This document shows positions 12,557 through 23,751 of a stretch of 64,000 bases of DNA, one piece after another (the first letter of the stretch is position 1; each line of letters begins with the position of its first letter). The stretch covers positions 54,584,448 to 54,648,447 of the forward strand of contig NC_057718.1 of the NCBI RefSeq assembly GCF_004010195.1. The letters run 5' to 3'. The notes beneath the pieces are model-generated. The model had not been told where the DNA came from and made no database searches. It saw only the letters and a list, made by a program, of their open reading frames with translations. The position numbers and the translations under genes are program-made. This DNA is from Chiloscyllium plagiosum. Lineage: Eukaryota.

Positions 12557-14170
12557 CTAAATTGATGGGACTGGTATTTGCTTTTTGGAAGTATCATCCT
12601 CCTGCACAAAATCTGGTATTTTTGCCATATGGTGATGAATGGCAATGTGTGAATTTGCAAATTCACAGGTAGAGTTTACTGGCTGCAAACTGTTCGGGGT
12701 GCTCACTTCCTGGGAAGGACTGCTGTTATAAATGCTATAGTAAGGCTCAGTCCATGTGTTGATAGGCGTTGAGTTATTCCGTTCATAATGCTGCTGGCCA
12801 ATTGACAAATTGGGACTTAACACACTGTCTCTTGAGTGACTGGGGCCACAAGCCTGGTCCACCAACCTTCTCTGTGGCTTAGATGACAACATACAAGCTG
12901 AATTTGTTTCATGATGAGATGATTTGTTTCTGTTCATATCCAGGCTCCCTTTGCCCACTGCTTGTAACCGAGTCTTATGCTTGCAACGCATGCAGCCCAG
13001 GGTCACATGCTGTGTATACCAAAGAATTCTTTTCCTGAGTCCAGCACTGTTGCGTGAGTATATAAATGGATTTAGTCCCGATTTTAAAAATATTAATGTG
13101 AACCCACACAGTTTCAGCTGATTTAAAATAAAACTGCTCCCTGGTGTCAAAACATCTTGCATGAGGGAGATGCCCAAAGGTAGGCAGCAAACGAATACTG
13201 AGAGTACAATGACAACACATGTCACCACAGCCTTTGAATCTTTTGCCCCAGAAAGGTTCACTGAAGATACAAGTTGCAACCTCTTTGCAGCACTTTGGAC
13301 ATGGGTCAGAGTTTTGCCATAGGCATGCATTTGCACATGCTGGAGTTTGTTGTAATTCTGAATTCGGTAAAGGTGCTGCATACCAGGCTGTAGATCATCA
13401 ATCCCTGTGCTCATGAGAGCCTTAGGTCTTGATGTATCAACCTTAATGACAGCACATTTCCTCACTCGTGCATTCTTGTTCAGTGCATAGGCTATCATCA
13501 TATAGGAAACTGCCACAGTGCCTGCACAAAATGTAAAATCAATAACATATAGATATAATATGATTTTATCATCTTCCTTAATGCATCCAAAGAGGGGAAC
13601 ACATACTTTGGATTTCTCTGGATATGTCCTCATGGTAGCCAGGGTAGACAGAGTAAAACTTACTGTCCATAGACTGATGCTTAGAATAAGTGAACAGGGC
13701 AAATAAGCTGTTGTGTTGGGTTGATGGCCCAACACCATCCGCAGGCGATGGAGTGCTATTACTGCCACAGATTTGAGGGACATTATTACGAATCCAGCAC
13801 TAGTGAGGTGAAAAGTGAAGCAGAAAGCTTCAGAGACGCTGTTGTCTGAATCAAAAATTAAAATGAAAGCAAACATGGGTGTTGTAACACAACAGATGAA
13901 TAGGTCACAAAAGGAAAGGTTTAGGACCATAAAGTCAAAGTTAGTCCGGAATTTCCTAAATGCTGGATCAAAGAATGACAAGAAGACAATCAGGTTGCCG
14001 TACGTTCCCAAACAGAATACAAGTACCAACAGCAGTGTGCATGTGACAAGAGTAGTGGTGTGAATGAGCTCCTGGAGATGTGCCACTGTTGTGTTCACAG
14101 CAAACGACACAGATGAGGTGTTGATGGCATTTGGAAAATTCTGGTCTAATGAAGACAAGGTCAAATTCAT
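12557..14170 (-). CDS. GPR75: G protein-coupled receptor 75, intact 537 aa, single coding exon
   Basis: Long ORF with 7 hydrophobic segments and GPR75 signatures [34 protein letters not shown] (HRL at the DRY position), [53 protein letters not shown] and C-terminal KQIPVPSI. Lies immediately downstream of PSME4 on the same strand, as in mammals. Confidence 0.98.
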   Translation of the reverse strand: MNLTLSSLDQNFPNAINTSSVSFAVNTTVAHLQELIHTTTLVTCTLLLVLVFCLGTYGNLIVFLSFFDPAFRKFRTNFDFMVLNLSFCDLFICCVTTPMFAFILIFDSDNSVSEAFCFTFHLTSAGFVIMSLKSVAVIALHRLRMVLGHQPNTTAYLPCSLILSISLWTVSFTLSTLATMRTYPEKSKVCVPLFGCIKEDDKIILYLYVIDFTFCAGTVAVSYMMIAYALNKNARVRKCAVIKVDTSRPKALMSTGIDDLQPGMQHLYRIQNYNKLQHVQMHAYGKTLTHVQSAAKRLQLVSSVNLSGAKDSKAVVTCVVIVLSVFVCCLPLGISLMQDVLTPGSSFILNQLKLCGFTLIFLKSGLNPFIYSRNSAGLRKRILWYTQHVTLGCMRCKHKTRLQAVGKGSLDMNRNKSSHHETNSACMLSSKPQRRLVDQACGPSHSRDSVLSPNLSIGQQHYERNNSTPINTWTEPYYSIYNSSPSQEVSTPNSLQPVNSTCEFANSHIAIHHHMAKIPDFVQEDDTSKKQIPVPSI

Positions 14171-14695
14171 CTTTCAAAATGTATATTTGGAAAACCTGCT
14201 TGGAAAGTGTGAATAGGCAGGTGCCTGTTGAATATTGTTTGCCTTCCTTATGACACCTACATACAATCACAGGCTGTAGGCTAGAAGTAGAGAAGCCATG
14301 TACTGGAATGTGCAATTATTCTGGACATAACAGGAAGACCTGGTTCCCCGTTCCTTACCAAGGTTCCTTCCTGGGTTCCCATTCTGTGACCGCCTACAGC
14401 CCTCTGAACGGCTGTAGTGCCAATCAACGGAGTCAAATACAAGTGAGATACCAGGAGTTGAAAATGCTGCACAAAATGTGTATTTTATGGTGAAACACCC
14501 TCGGAATATTTGAGTCTCTCCGATAGAAACGTGTGGCCGGTTGAAGGGCAGGTTTTTGTACAGTAGGATCCCACAGTGAGAGCCGGCTTCCGTCAGGAAG
14601 AGGTTTTTCTAGGACCACCTTCTCCACTCTGATCTCCAGCATCTGCAATCCTCACTTCCCTCCCATCAGGAAGAGCCCAGTCACGGCGTCCTTAC

Positions 14696-15210
14696 CTTGC
14701 GGCAAACGTCTGGGCGGGATGCTCGGCCTCAGTCTCCGGGAATGAAAACAGATCAAAGAGGGCCGACTGTAAACAGCTGGGCGAATCCCGACATCCCCCT
14801 TTATCAAAGTGTAACTCCCCAAAGCTCGTCCTGGGGCCGCGGTAATTCCTGCTCCATCTGCCCAGCCTGGTCCCAGCGCAGAGACACCGGGAGGGCGGAC
14901 CCCCACCCCACCCCCCCTGGCCTGCCTGCCTGCCGCTGGGGTGGGGATGATCAGCCTGGTCTGAGACGGAGGGATGGGGGGGTACCGCTCTGTCCCTGCT
15001 CCGCACTGCAGCAAGCTCCAGCCCCTGCTCCTGCTGCAGTCCGCAGTCACTGCACAGCAAAGCGGCCTTGACCCTGCTCCCTCCCGCGTTAATATTCACA
15101 TCGCCTGCAGCAGTAAGTGCACCGACCGAGGCACCAGTTCGGAGCCGGAGGCAAGGGTTAATCCTTGATATCCCAAACTGCATTAAACCGGCTGGCCAAA
15201 AGTACATCCA
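14696..15210 (-). promoter_or_regulatory. GPR75: GC/CpG-rich promoter and predicted non-coding exon 1 of GPR75
   Basis: The only CpG-rich unique segment in the window. Strong donor GCAAG|gtaagg at 14696/14695 and acceptor ttctctacttctag|C at 14281/14280 give a 415-nt intron and 110 nt of 5'UTR in exon 2. Mammalian GPR75 also has a non-coding first exon. TSS not determinable. Confidence 0.7.
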
Positions 15211-15974
15211 GCAGAAGGGTCCAGGGGACCGGAAGCGTTAACTCTGATATCTCTACACAGATGCTGCCAGACCGGCTGAGTGATTTTTTTTCAGCAAGTT
15301 GTGTTTTTTTTGTCTTTATTTGTGACACAACACTTGGGCATTAGGCGTTAAGAACAGGGCTTGTAAGTGTACTAAAAAATGAAGCAAGAGTTAAATAAGT
15401 CCAATTTAATTAAATTAAGTCACACCTCAAATTATAAATTCTGAATGATTCATTTCAGCAATGTTATTTCTACTGACATTAAACCTAATGTTTCTAAACT
15501 ATAAAAATGGAAAGTCTTATGCTCAGAGCAAGTATTTGATAATAAATCCAGAGACCACAGTAAATGCTTATTCTCCCAATTACATTAGGAATCAATATCC
15601 AGTACTTTGTTGGAATAAGAGAATAAAAAAGTCTATATAACTGATGTGGACTAGAGGTAAATCATCCAGGAGAAAAGCTGCTCATGAGACACAAAACTGG
15701 TGGTGGTTTAACCGGAGGGTCACCACATCTCAGGCAAGGGGAGAGTTCAACGAGGAGAATCCTTCATGGTAACCTCAGCCGGTGCAGGAACTGAACCTAT
15801 GCTGTTGGAATCATTCTGCATCACCAACCAGCCATTCAGACAACTTAGCAATTTCTATGACACACATTTTCTGTTTCCTGATAGCAACTGAAATTTTATG
15901 ACAAGTCAAGGGATCAAGATGACAAGAAGGGCATGTAGCAATAATGATGCCAGTAGTAAGCAGGGTAACTAGTC

Positions 15975-17380
15975 AGAGAAACGTAAATTACGGAAACTGA
16001 CTCTTCAGTCCAACTTATCCATGCTGACTGATATAGAGTTAAGACCGGCATGTAGTAATAATGATGCCGGTAAGCAGGGTAACTAGTCCATGCTGACCAC
16101 ATACCCCAACCCAATCTAGTTCCCACCTGCCAGCACTCGGCCCATATCCCTCCAAACCCTTCCCATTCATAAACCCATCTGGACGCCTTTTAAAAGTTGC
16201 AATTGTACTAGCCTCCACCATTTCCTCTGGCAGCTCATTCCATACACATACCATCCTTCGCATGAAAACGTTGCCCCTTAGGTCTCTTTTATATCTTTCC
16301 CCTCTCACCTTAAATTATGATCTCTAGTTCTGGACTCCCTGACCCCAGTGAAAAGACTTTGCCAATTTACCCTATCCATGTCCCTCATAATTTTGTAAAC
16401 CTCTAGAAGGTCACCGCTCAGCCTCCGACACTCCAGGGAAAACAGTCCCAAGCCTGTTCAGCCTCTCCCTATAGCTCGTATCCTCCAACCCTGGCAACAT
16501 CCTTGTAAATCTTTTCTGAACCCATTCAAGTTTCACAACATTGTTCCGATAGGAAGACCAGAATTGCATGCAATATTCCAACAGTGGCCTAACCAATGTC
16601 CTGTACAGCTGCACCATGACCTCCCAACTCCTGTACTCAATACTCTGACCAATAAAGGAAAGCATACCAAATGCCTTCTTCACTATCCTATCTACCACTT
16701 TCAAGGAGCTATGAACCTGCACTCCAAGGTCTCTTTGTTCAGCAACACTCCCTACGACCTTACCATTAAGTGTATAAGTCCTGCTAAGATTTGCTTTCCC
16801 AAAATGCAGCACCTTGCATTTATCTGAATTTAACTCCATCTGCCACTTCTCAACCCATTGGCCCATCTGGTCAAGATCCTGTTGTAATCTGAGGTAACCC
16901 TCTTCGCTATCCACTACACCTCCAATTTTGGTGTCATCTGCAAACTTACTAACTGTACCTCCTATGCTCGCATCCAAATCATTTATATAAGTGATGAAAA
17001 GTAGTGGACCCATCTAAATAAATCTAGTCCCATTTGCCAGTACTTTACCCATATATCTTTAAACCCTTCCAACTCATACACCCATCCTGATGCCTTTTAA
17101 ATGTTGTAATTGTACCTGCCTCCACCACTTCCTCTGGCAGCTCATTCCATACACGCACCACCTTCTGCATGGAAAAGTTGCCCCGTCGGTCCCTTTAAAT
17201 CTTTTCCCCCCTCACCCTAAACTCTTTAGTTTTGGATTCCCCCCCTCCCCCCGTCACAGGGAAAAGACCTTGTCTATTTACCCTATCCATGCCCCTCATG
17301 ATTTTATAAATCTCCATAAGGTCACCCCTCAGACTCTGACACTCCAGGGAATTAGCCCCAGCCTATTCAGCCTCTCCTCA
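15975..17380 (-). mobile_element. Two adjacent 5'-truncated CR1 fragments (15975-17013; 17015-17380)
   Basis: ORF 16411-17013 (FADDTKIGG...LEYC.QFWS) is nearly identical to the 5043-8647 family. Confidence 0.9.
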
Positions 17381-17734
17381 TTTGAAGCATTCTCACAGAC
17401 AGCAAACAAGGAAGTTCATATAGCACTTAATCTCTTTTAAATTTAAATTAAATGTAAATTGGAAATATAAAGAGTAATTGTGGAGAAATGTGTAGGATCA
17501 TACTCTGGGTGCCAGCTAAATCTGTCCTAACAACAGAGCGTGGAATTTGCTAATGATAAGTGTGAAAATATAAATACTGAGGTAATGAATATGACAGTAG
17601 AAAGTTCCTTTAGTAATGGACTGTATGAAAGAAATCATGTAAGAGGTGAAATGGTTCATAAAATTGCAAATTAACGTTCACCCTGGCCTAAGGAGTCCAT
17701 ACAAATATCTCACTGCAAATGGTACTGTCCATGT

Positions 17735-18580
17735 AGAATCATAGAATTTTACCAAAGTTTATTCGACCCATCATGTCTGTATCAGCTCCTGAAAAATTCC
17801 TAATTCTGTTCTCCAGCCCTTTTAATCAATCAATCACTTTCAAATATATATCCAGCTCTTTTGGAACCTTCTATGGTATTTGCCTTCATCACTCTCCCAG
17901 GCAGCGCATTCCAAATCCTAACAACTCAGTAAGAAAGTTTCTCATCTTCTGTCTCACAGTCTTGCTGACAATCTTGAAATTATAACTATTAGTCTTTCCA
18001 ACTAGTGAAAGAAAACAAAAATCGTTTACCCTGTCAAAACTGATCATTATTTTGAACACCTCAATTAGGTCACGTCTTAATCCTCTCTGCTTCAAGGAGA
18101 GTAAACCCAATTTCTCTGATCTTTCCTCATATCTAAAATCCTTCATTCCAGGAATCATTCTAGTAAATCTGCTTTGCACCCTCTCCAGGACATTTAACAT
18201 CTTCCCTGAAATCGGTGCCCATACTGAAAACAACACTCCAAATATGGTCTGACCAATGATCGGCAGAGATGTAGTATAAACTGCTTTGCGTTCATACTCT
18301 ACCTATTAATCAAAGGATCCTATTGGCCTTCTTAACTGTTTCAACTTGCCCAGTCACCTTCAAAGGGTTATGCACTTGACACAGAGTCTCTCTTCACCTG
18401 AATGCCCCTCAAATGTTGTACCATTGAGCCTGTCCTGTCCCTCCATGTTTCTTCTACCAAAATGCATTACCTCACATTTCTGTGCAATGAAATTCATCTG
18501 TAAAGTGTCTGCCTATTTGGCCAACTTGTCAATGTCGCTCTGAAGTCATTCAGTATCACCATCACAATTCACTATCCACA
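17735..18580 (-). mobile_element. Old CR1 3' fragment
   Basis: LERVQSRFTRMIPG...RRDLIEVFKIM in ORF 17889-18236. Confidence 0.8.
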
Positions 18581-18699
18581 AATTTTCTTTTGCATTTTTC
18601 TCAAAAGTTCCTTTGGAGCTAAGTAATTGCCCCTGTTTTGGGAAACAATTAGTTCCTATTTTCAGAGCACTTAAATGTTCTGCATGCACGGAGCAGGGC

Positions 18700-20250
18700 A
18701 TTCATGAACAAGGGAGAAGTTTTAGGAATTACAAACAAACTCGAAGGTAAACGAATAAAAGGCAAACAAAGTGTTGGGTAGCTGAAAAGAATTGTATGTA
18801 CTGGATATGCCAAGATACCAGAAAACAGCCAGCCAAATTGTAATGCAGCAAAAGCACTCCCTGATGGGTCAGACAAAGCTAAACCCTGACCAGGTTCAGG
18901 ATTTTGAAGGAAGATTCAGTGACCAAGAGTTTAGACTAGAGTTTATTACTCAGGAAAAGTGATCGTAAAAATCATCATAGGTTCTTTAGGAACGTACTCC
19001 TGGAATATAAGTCAAATGTTATAAAAGCTGCATCTCTGCAGGATGAAAATTTAAAAGGCAAGTACTTTTGAAACCCACTACAGAAATGGACAATATTGAA
19101 GCGAGGCTGTGGAAATTAAACAAATGCGCTTCTGGTTTGAATGAAGTGGTAAGGGTTGGGCATTTCTCAGGTGCCTCTTGCTGAAAACAGATAACATCTG
19201 GCTTACAACAAACTCAGCAATCTTGTGGTCTCTTAAAAAATACCTAACTTTATACTACACATGGATGATTTTCTGTGTTTAAATTCCATAGGATTGCCCT
19301 AGTGTAATAAATAAAAAGGAAATTTAAGATTGAAAGTCAGGCTATGGGTGTCTTTAAATGGATAGGATTAGACAAAAAGTAGAATAAATCAGGAATGAAT
19401 TTGGATCAGTAGTCGTACTTAGAAAGTACTAAAATGCATCTCGGCAAATCTGACAAGATCCTCAAAGAATGAATTCTTGCATCCTGGGAAGAAACAGACC
19501 TACTAAGTCTAAGATGGTTAAACTGGTTGCATACACAGACTAGACTTGCTGCTGGGTATGATATATTGGAACTGAACACTCTGGTGGAACTTGCTACTGT
19601 TAATGAAGTCAAGAGCAAATAAAATGTTGAAGAAATGGAGTTCAGAAAAATACAAACTCCAATTGTCCAGTCTTGGGTGACCCAGAAAATATAAAGCGAC
19701 TACTTTTTAAGTGATATTACACATTCCAATGGTGCAGATGGCTGTTCTGTGTATGGTAGGTTGTTACATATTCCTGGAGGAAAAGAATAGTAAATGTGAT
19801 CCAATGACTTAGTAAATCAGGAAAATAACAATGATAGATAAAGTACCTTAGTGTTGAATCCTTGGCATTTTTAGAGGCGACAGATACAGTGGGTATTTTT
19901 ATCCAATATTATAATGGAAATTCTACACAAGGAGTAATGAGAAAACTTGACGAGAGAATGTTGTTTACATAACTATTCTCTTCAAGTGAAGAAGTGTGTC
20001 ACTGGGAATCGAGGATTAACTTTGCTAGCATGCAGAAAAAGCAGAAAGAAGTCTCCATAATTAAGGCAGTAGATGCAAATCACCATCTGTCAGACAGAAA
20101 AACGGGCTTGCTCAAATAAATTATTAGATATCATTGAAGAGGATGCCTGGTGGTACGAAGAGTTACAAGAACACAAATAAAAATGCTTTTCATTCAGATC
20201 ATTTTGTGATAAAACATTATAATTTTGTTTGCTTAAAGAAGAGGGAATAT
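18700..20250 (+). mobile_element. Heavily decayed Copia (GalEa-like) pol: RT and RNaseH, followed by a PPT
   Basis: Manual frameshifted translation: IKAASLQDENLK..VLLKP, RLWKLNKCASGLNE, HMDDFL (19258-19275), FKIESQAMGVFKWIGLD, LNWLHTQTR, LGDPENIK..SD..HSN, KSTL..ESLAFLEA, VDANHHLSD, KLLDIIEE. PPT aaagaagagggaa at 20235-20247, then TG. Confidence 0.7.
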
Positions 20251-21009
20251 GTTTTAAGTTGTAGAATATAAAAATGTACAATTTTCATTCATTTCTGTTC
20301 AAAGATTATATATCCTGAAGAGTTTTATTTGATGAGAAGTCAGTTTAATAAGAGTTAGGCTTCTGACTAGGGTTAATTGATTAACTGAGTAAATATAAGG
20401 GGAGGGTGGAGAAGACAAAGTGGTATGTGGAATAAGTTTAATAAATAAACTCTATCCACCAGAAAAATGCCTTGAGTTCTCGTCCACCAACAGGTTTAGA
20501 TCCAAACGAACTTGAGATGCAAAAAAGGAGAAGGATTCCACTCCCCTGTTCAACACAATGTTTTTCAGAACTACAATTAGGATTCAAAGCCTCCAGCTTT
20601 TGTAACCACAAATGCAGAACACAGTAGTCTCTAAGAATCATCAGTCTGTCTCCCAAAAACATGAGCAAGGGGTATACCAAGTAACGGAGGTTGTCACTAC
20701 CCTCCAGTAACTTTCTACCTGGTAAAATGAGAATATATTCCAACAACTGAATACGTGATTTTGTTAACATATAGGTACAGATCCATGCATGGAACCAAGA
20801 AGGTGAAATAAATCTGACAATTCCAGCAAACTGTAGGGATGGATGTGAAAGAACCTATTTGACCAAATCCAGAACAATTTTATCAGGTGAAGACTGAAGG
20901 AATACTGAAGACCGTTGTCCTCCTACAGAATCTGTTTTAATATCTTAAAACTTATTTAAAAATAGACATAAATACGTATCTAAAATAGAGACATTTTCAC
21001 AAAGTAACA

Positions 21010-21970
21010 CAAATTTGTTACAAACAATCCATTTATTGGCTTTAAAATAACCAAATAGTACATCAAAAACCACTTCTTTTCAGCACTATCCTATATAGTG
21101 GTTAAGTCTTTGACATGTTATAATGAGCAACTGCACAACAATATGATCTGACATTTTACCCATAGTTTATCATAATGCTAATCATCCAAAGGATACATAT
21201 AATGCCTCCACGCATCATATGTAACCAATGTTTAATAGCTGAAAAAAGCAAATATAGGTAAAAACAAATTGGATAAAAAACCGAAAATATTGATACATAT
21301 TAAAATTATTTAAACACACCAAGACCGACAGCACAATAAACCCTCTCAAGTTTAGCAAAGCTGGGGGCTAAAATATTTTCTCGAAAGCATAAACCATATA
21401 ACTATGAGTAAAGCACATGACTTGAAGACAAAACCACTATTAAGTTTACACCATTCTACAAATGAATCTCAAGATCACAAGACTATGTCTTTAAAGATTA
21501 CATTTTGTACAAATGTATTAGCTCATCTCCTGTTTCTACAGTTTTTACATTTCTTACAGCTCTACATATAAGTTATGAAATAGCCAGTGGAGCTGTCATA
21601 AGAGCAGTCAAGAAATTGAGGAAGTTGAGCCAAAACTGTACAAGAATTTTACAAATTCAGCAGAATGACTTTTGTTTAATTACAATGTTTTTGTAAGTAA
21701 GCAAAAAAACTGTCTATATATTAGTGAAAATTCTACTAAACATTTACATACGTACACATTTTCTGCTGTTCTGTAAATTTGTATGTATTTGGACTGAAAA
21801 AGATCCATGTCTTTAAGGGAACAAAAAGATTATATTTGCAGCTTCTTGGGTCTTCAGAAGATTGATGCGGCTAAAGGGATTCTCAGGCGTATGTACAAAA
21901 CAAATGTCCTCCTTAGTTCATTAACAGTAGCACCAAGACTCCTTTCCATCTGTGTCAACAGAACTACTAT
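21010..21970 (-). other. PSME4: Predicted non-coding terminal (3'UTR) exon of PSME4
   Basis: Strong acceptor catttttggtttttttttcgtag|A at 21971/21970; AU-rich, TE-free ~1 kb; AATAAA at 21037-21032 followed by a GU-rich downstream tract. Confidence 0.7.
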
Positions 21971-22171
21971 CTACGAAAAAAAACCAAAAATGTGGTGAGA
22001 TCTAAATTGGTCTGATTCAAAGACCGATCAGGTTTAAAGTTGGAACAGAAATTAAATATTTACACTTCTCTACACAGAAGTTAAAAAAGAACTGAAGATA
22101 TACTTCCGAATGAGGTACTAAAAGAGGGAAACATATTAGAAGGAGCAACTTTGAAACACTGAATGCTGCAG

Positions 22172-22685
22172 CATAGAACATAGAACACTACAGCACAGTA
22201 CAGGCCCTTCGGTTCTTGATGTTGCGCCGACCTGTCATACCTAACCTATGCTAACCATCTAACCTACACTATTCCATGTACATCCATATGCTTGTCCATG
22301 ACGATTTAAATGTACTTAAAGTTGGCAAATCGTTGCAGACAAAGCATTCCATACCCTTACTACTCTCTGAGTAAAGAAACTACCGCTGACATCTGTCCTA
22401 TATCTATCACCCCTCAATTTAAAGCTATACCCTCTCGTGCTCGCTGTTACCATACTTGGAAAAAGGCTCTGCCTGTCCACCCTATCTAACCCTCTGATTA
22501 TCTTATATATCTCTAATAAGTCACATCTCAACCTTCTTCTCTCTAACAAAAACAGCCTCAAGTTCCTCAGCCTTTCCTCGTAAGACCTTCCCTCCATACC
22601 AGGCAACATCCTAGTAAATCTCCTCTGCACCCTTTCCAAAGCTTCCACATCTTTCTTATAATGCAGTGACCAGAACTGTACACAT
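22172..22685 (-). mobile_element. CR1 3' fragment
   Basis: ORF 22316-22648 ALERVQRRFTRMLPG; ttctatg-repeat tail. Confidence 0.9.
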
Positions 22686-23751
22686 TTGCCTACTACCTTT
22701 GAAGTAAAAAGATTACCACAAAGTGCATCATTAGGGATAATTTAAAAATAACAGATACATTAGGAGGGCTCAAACAACACAAAACTATAGATAAATTTTT
22801 AAATAATTCATGTAATGAGGGCATCACTGGCAATTGCCAGCATCTATTGCCCATCTTTATTTTACCTTGAACTGAATTGTTTGCTAGGTCATTTCAGAGA
22901 GCAGTTAAAAGTCAACAAGGGAGCTCTTGTGGTGCAATGGGTTCTGTCACTATCTCTGAACCAGGAGACCCAGGTTTGAGTCCCACTTGTTCCTGAGTGT
23001 GCACTGTAATTCTCTGATAGGGTAATTAGAAAAGATTAGGTGTCTACCACATTAGAGTGAATCTAGTGTCATATGTAGGCCATAACAGTTAAAGATGGGA
23101 GATTGCCTTCCTTAAAGAACATTAGTGATAGCTTTGATGATGAAGAATGATGGATTCATGGTCACTATTACAGAGATAAGCTTTAAAATTTAATTAATAA
23201 AGCCTGCAATATCAGGTCCATCAGCTACCAATGTGACCCCAGTCCAATAGTTTTGACCTGTAGATTATTTATCCAGTGACATTACCGCAACCACCATTTC
23301 CCTTGAATTAGGAATTTGAAGGAAGAAAAGGAAGCAGAGGGAATACAGAGGAAATTGCAAATGGACTCTTCTACACAAAAGATTTCGTGGTCAAGGGAAG
23401 AGGTAGCAGCAGGAACAGTTGGATGGATGATCTCTAACTTTATCAAGAACTACAAGTTGTCATATTTAATGTTAATGAAAGGAAGGGAAGTCAAGCAGCA
23501 ACTGTAATGGCCTGCCTTTAGCCTTGTGTTCATTGCAAAATGTACATCAAATGGATGCAAAGATACATAGGAAAGGCAAGTAAGCAAAGAGAATATCTTG
23601 GTGAAAAACTGATGGGAGGATGGAGATGAATCATCAAACCTGAAAACTGAGGATGTGTTGGGATAAAACTTACAACAGAAAGCATGATGCTTTCTATACA
23701 TTTAACACAGCTTTCTTTATATTCTATTAAATATTTAGCACTGATTTTAAA

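Noticed and set aside
19380..20180. Endogenous viral env-like sequence (Trp-rich, ...DAWWYEEL)
   Set aside because: Better explained by colinear Copia RT/RNaseH motifs.
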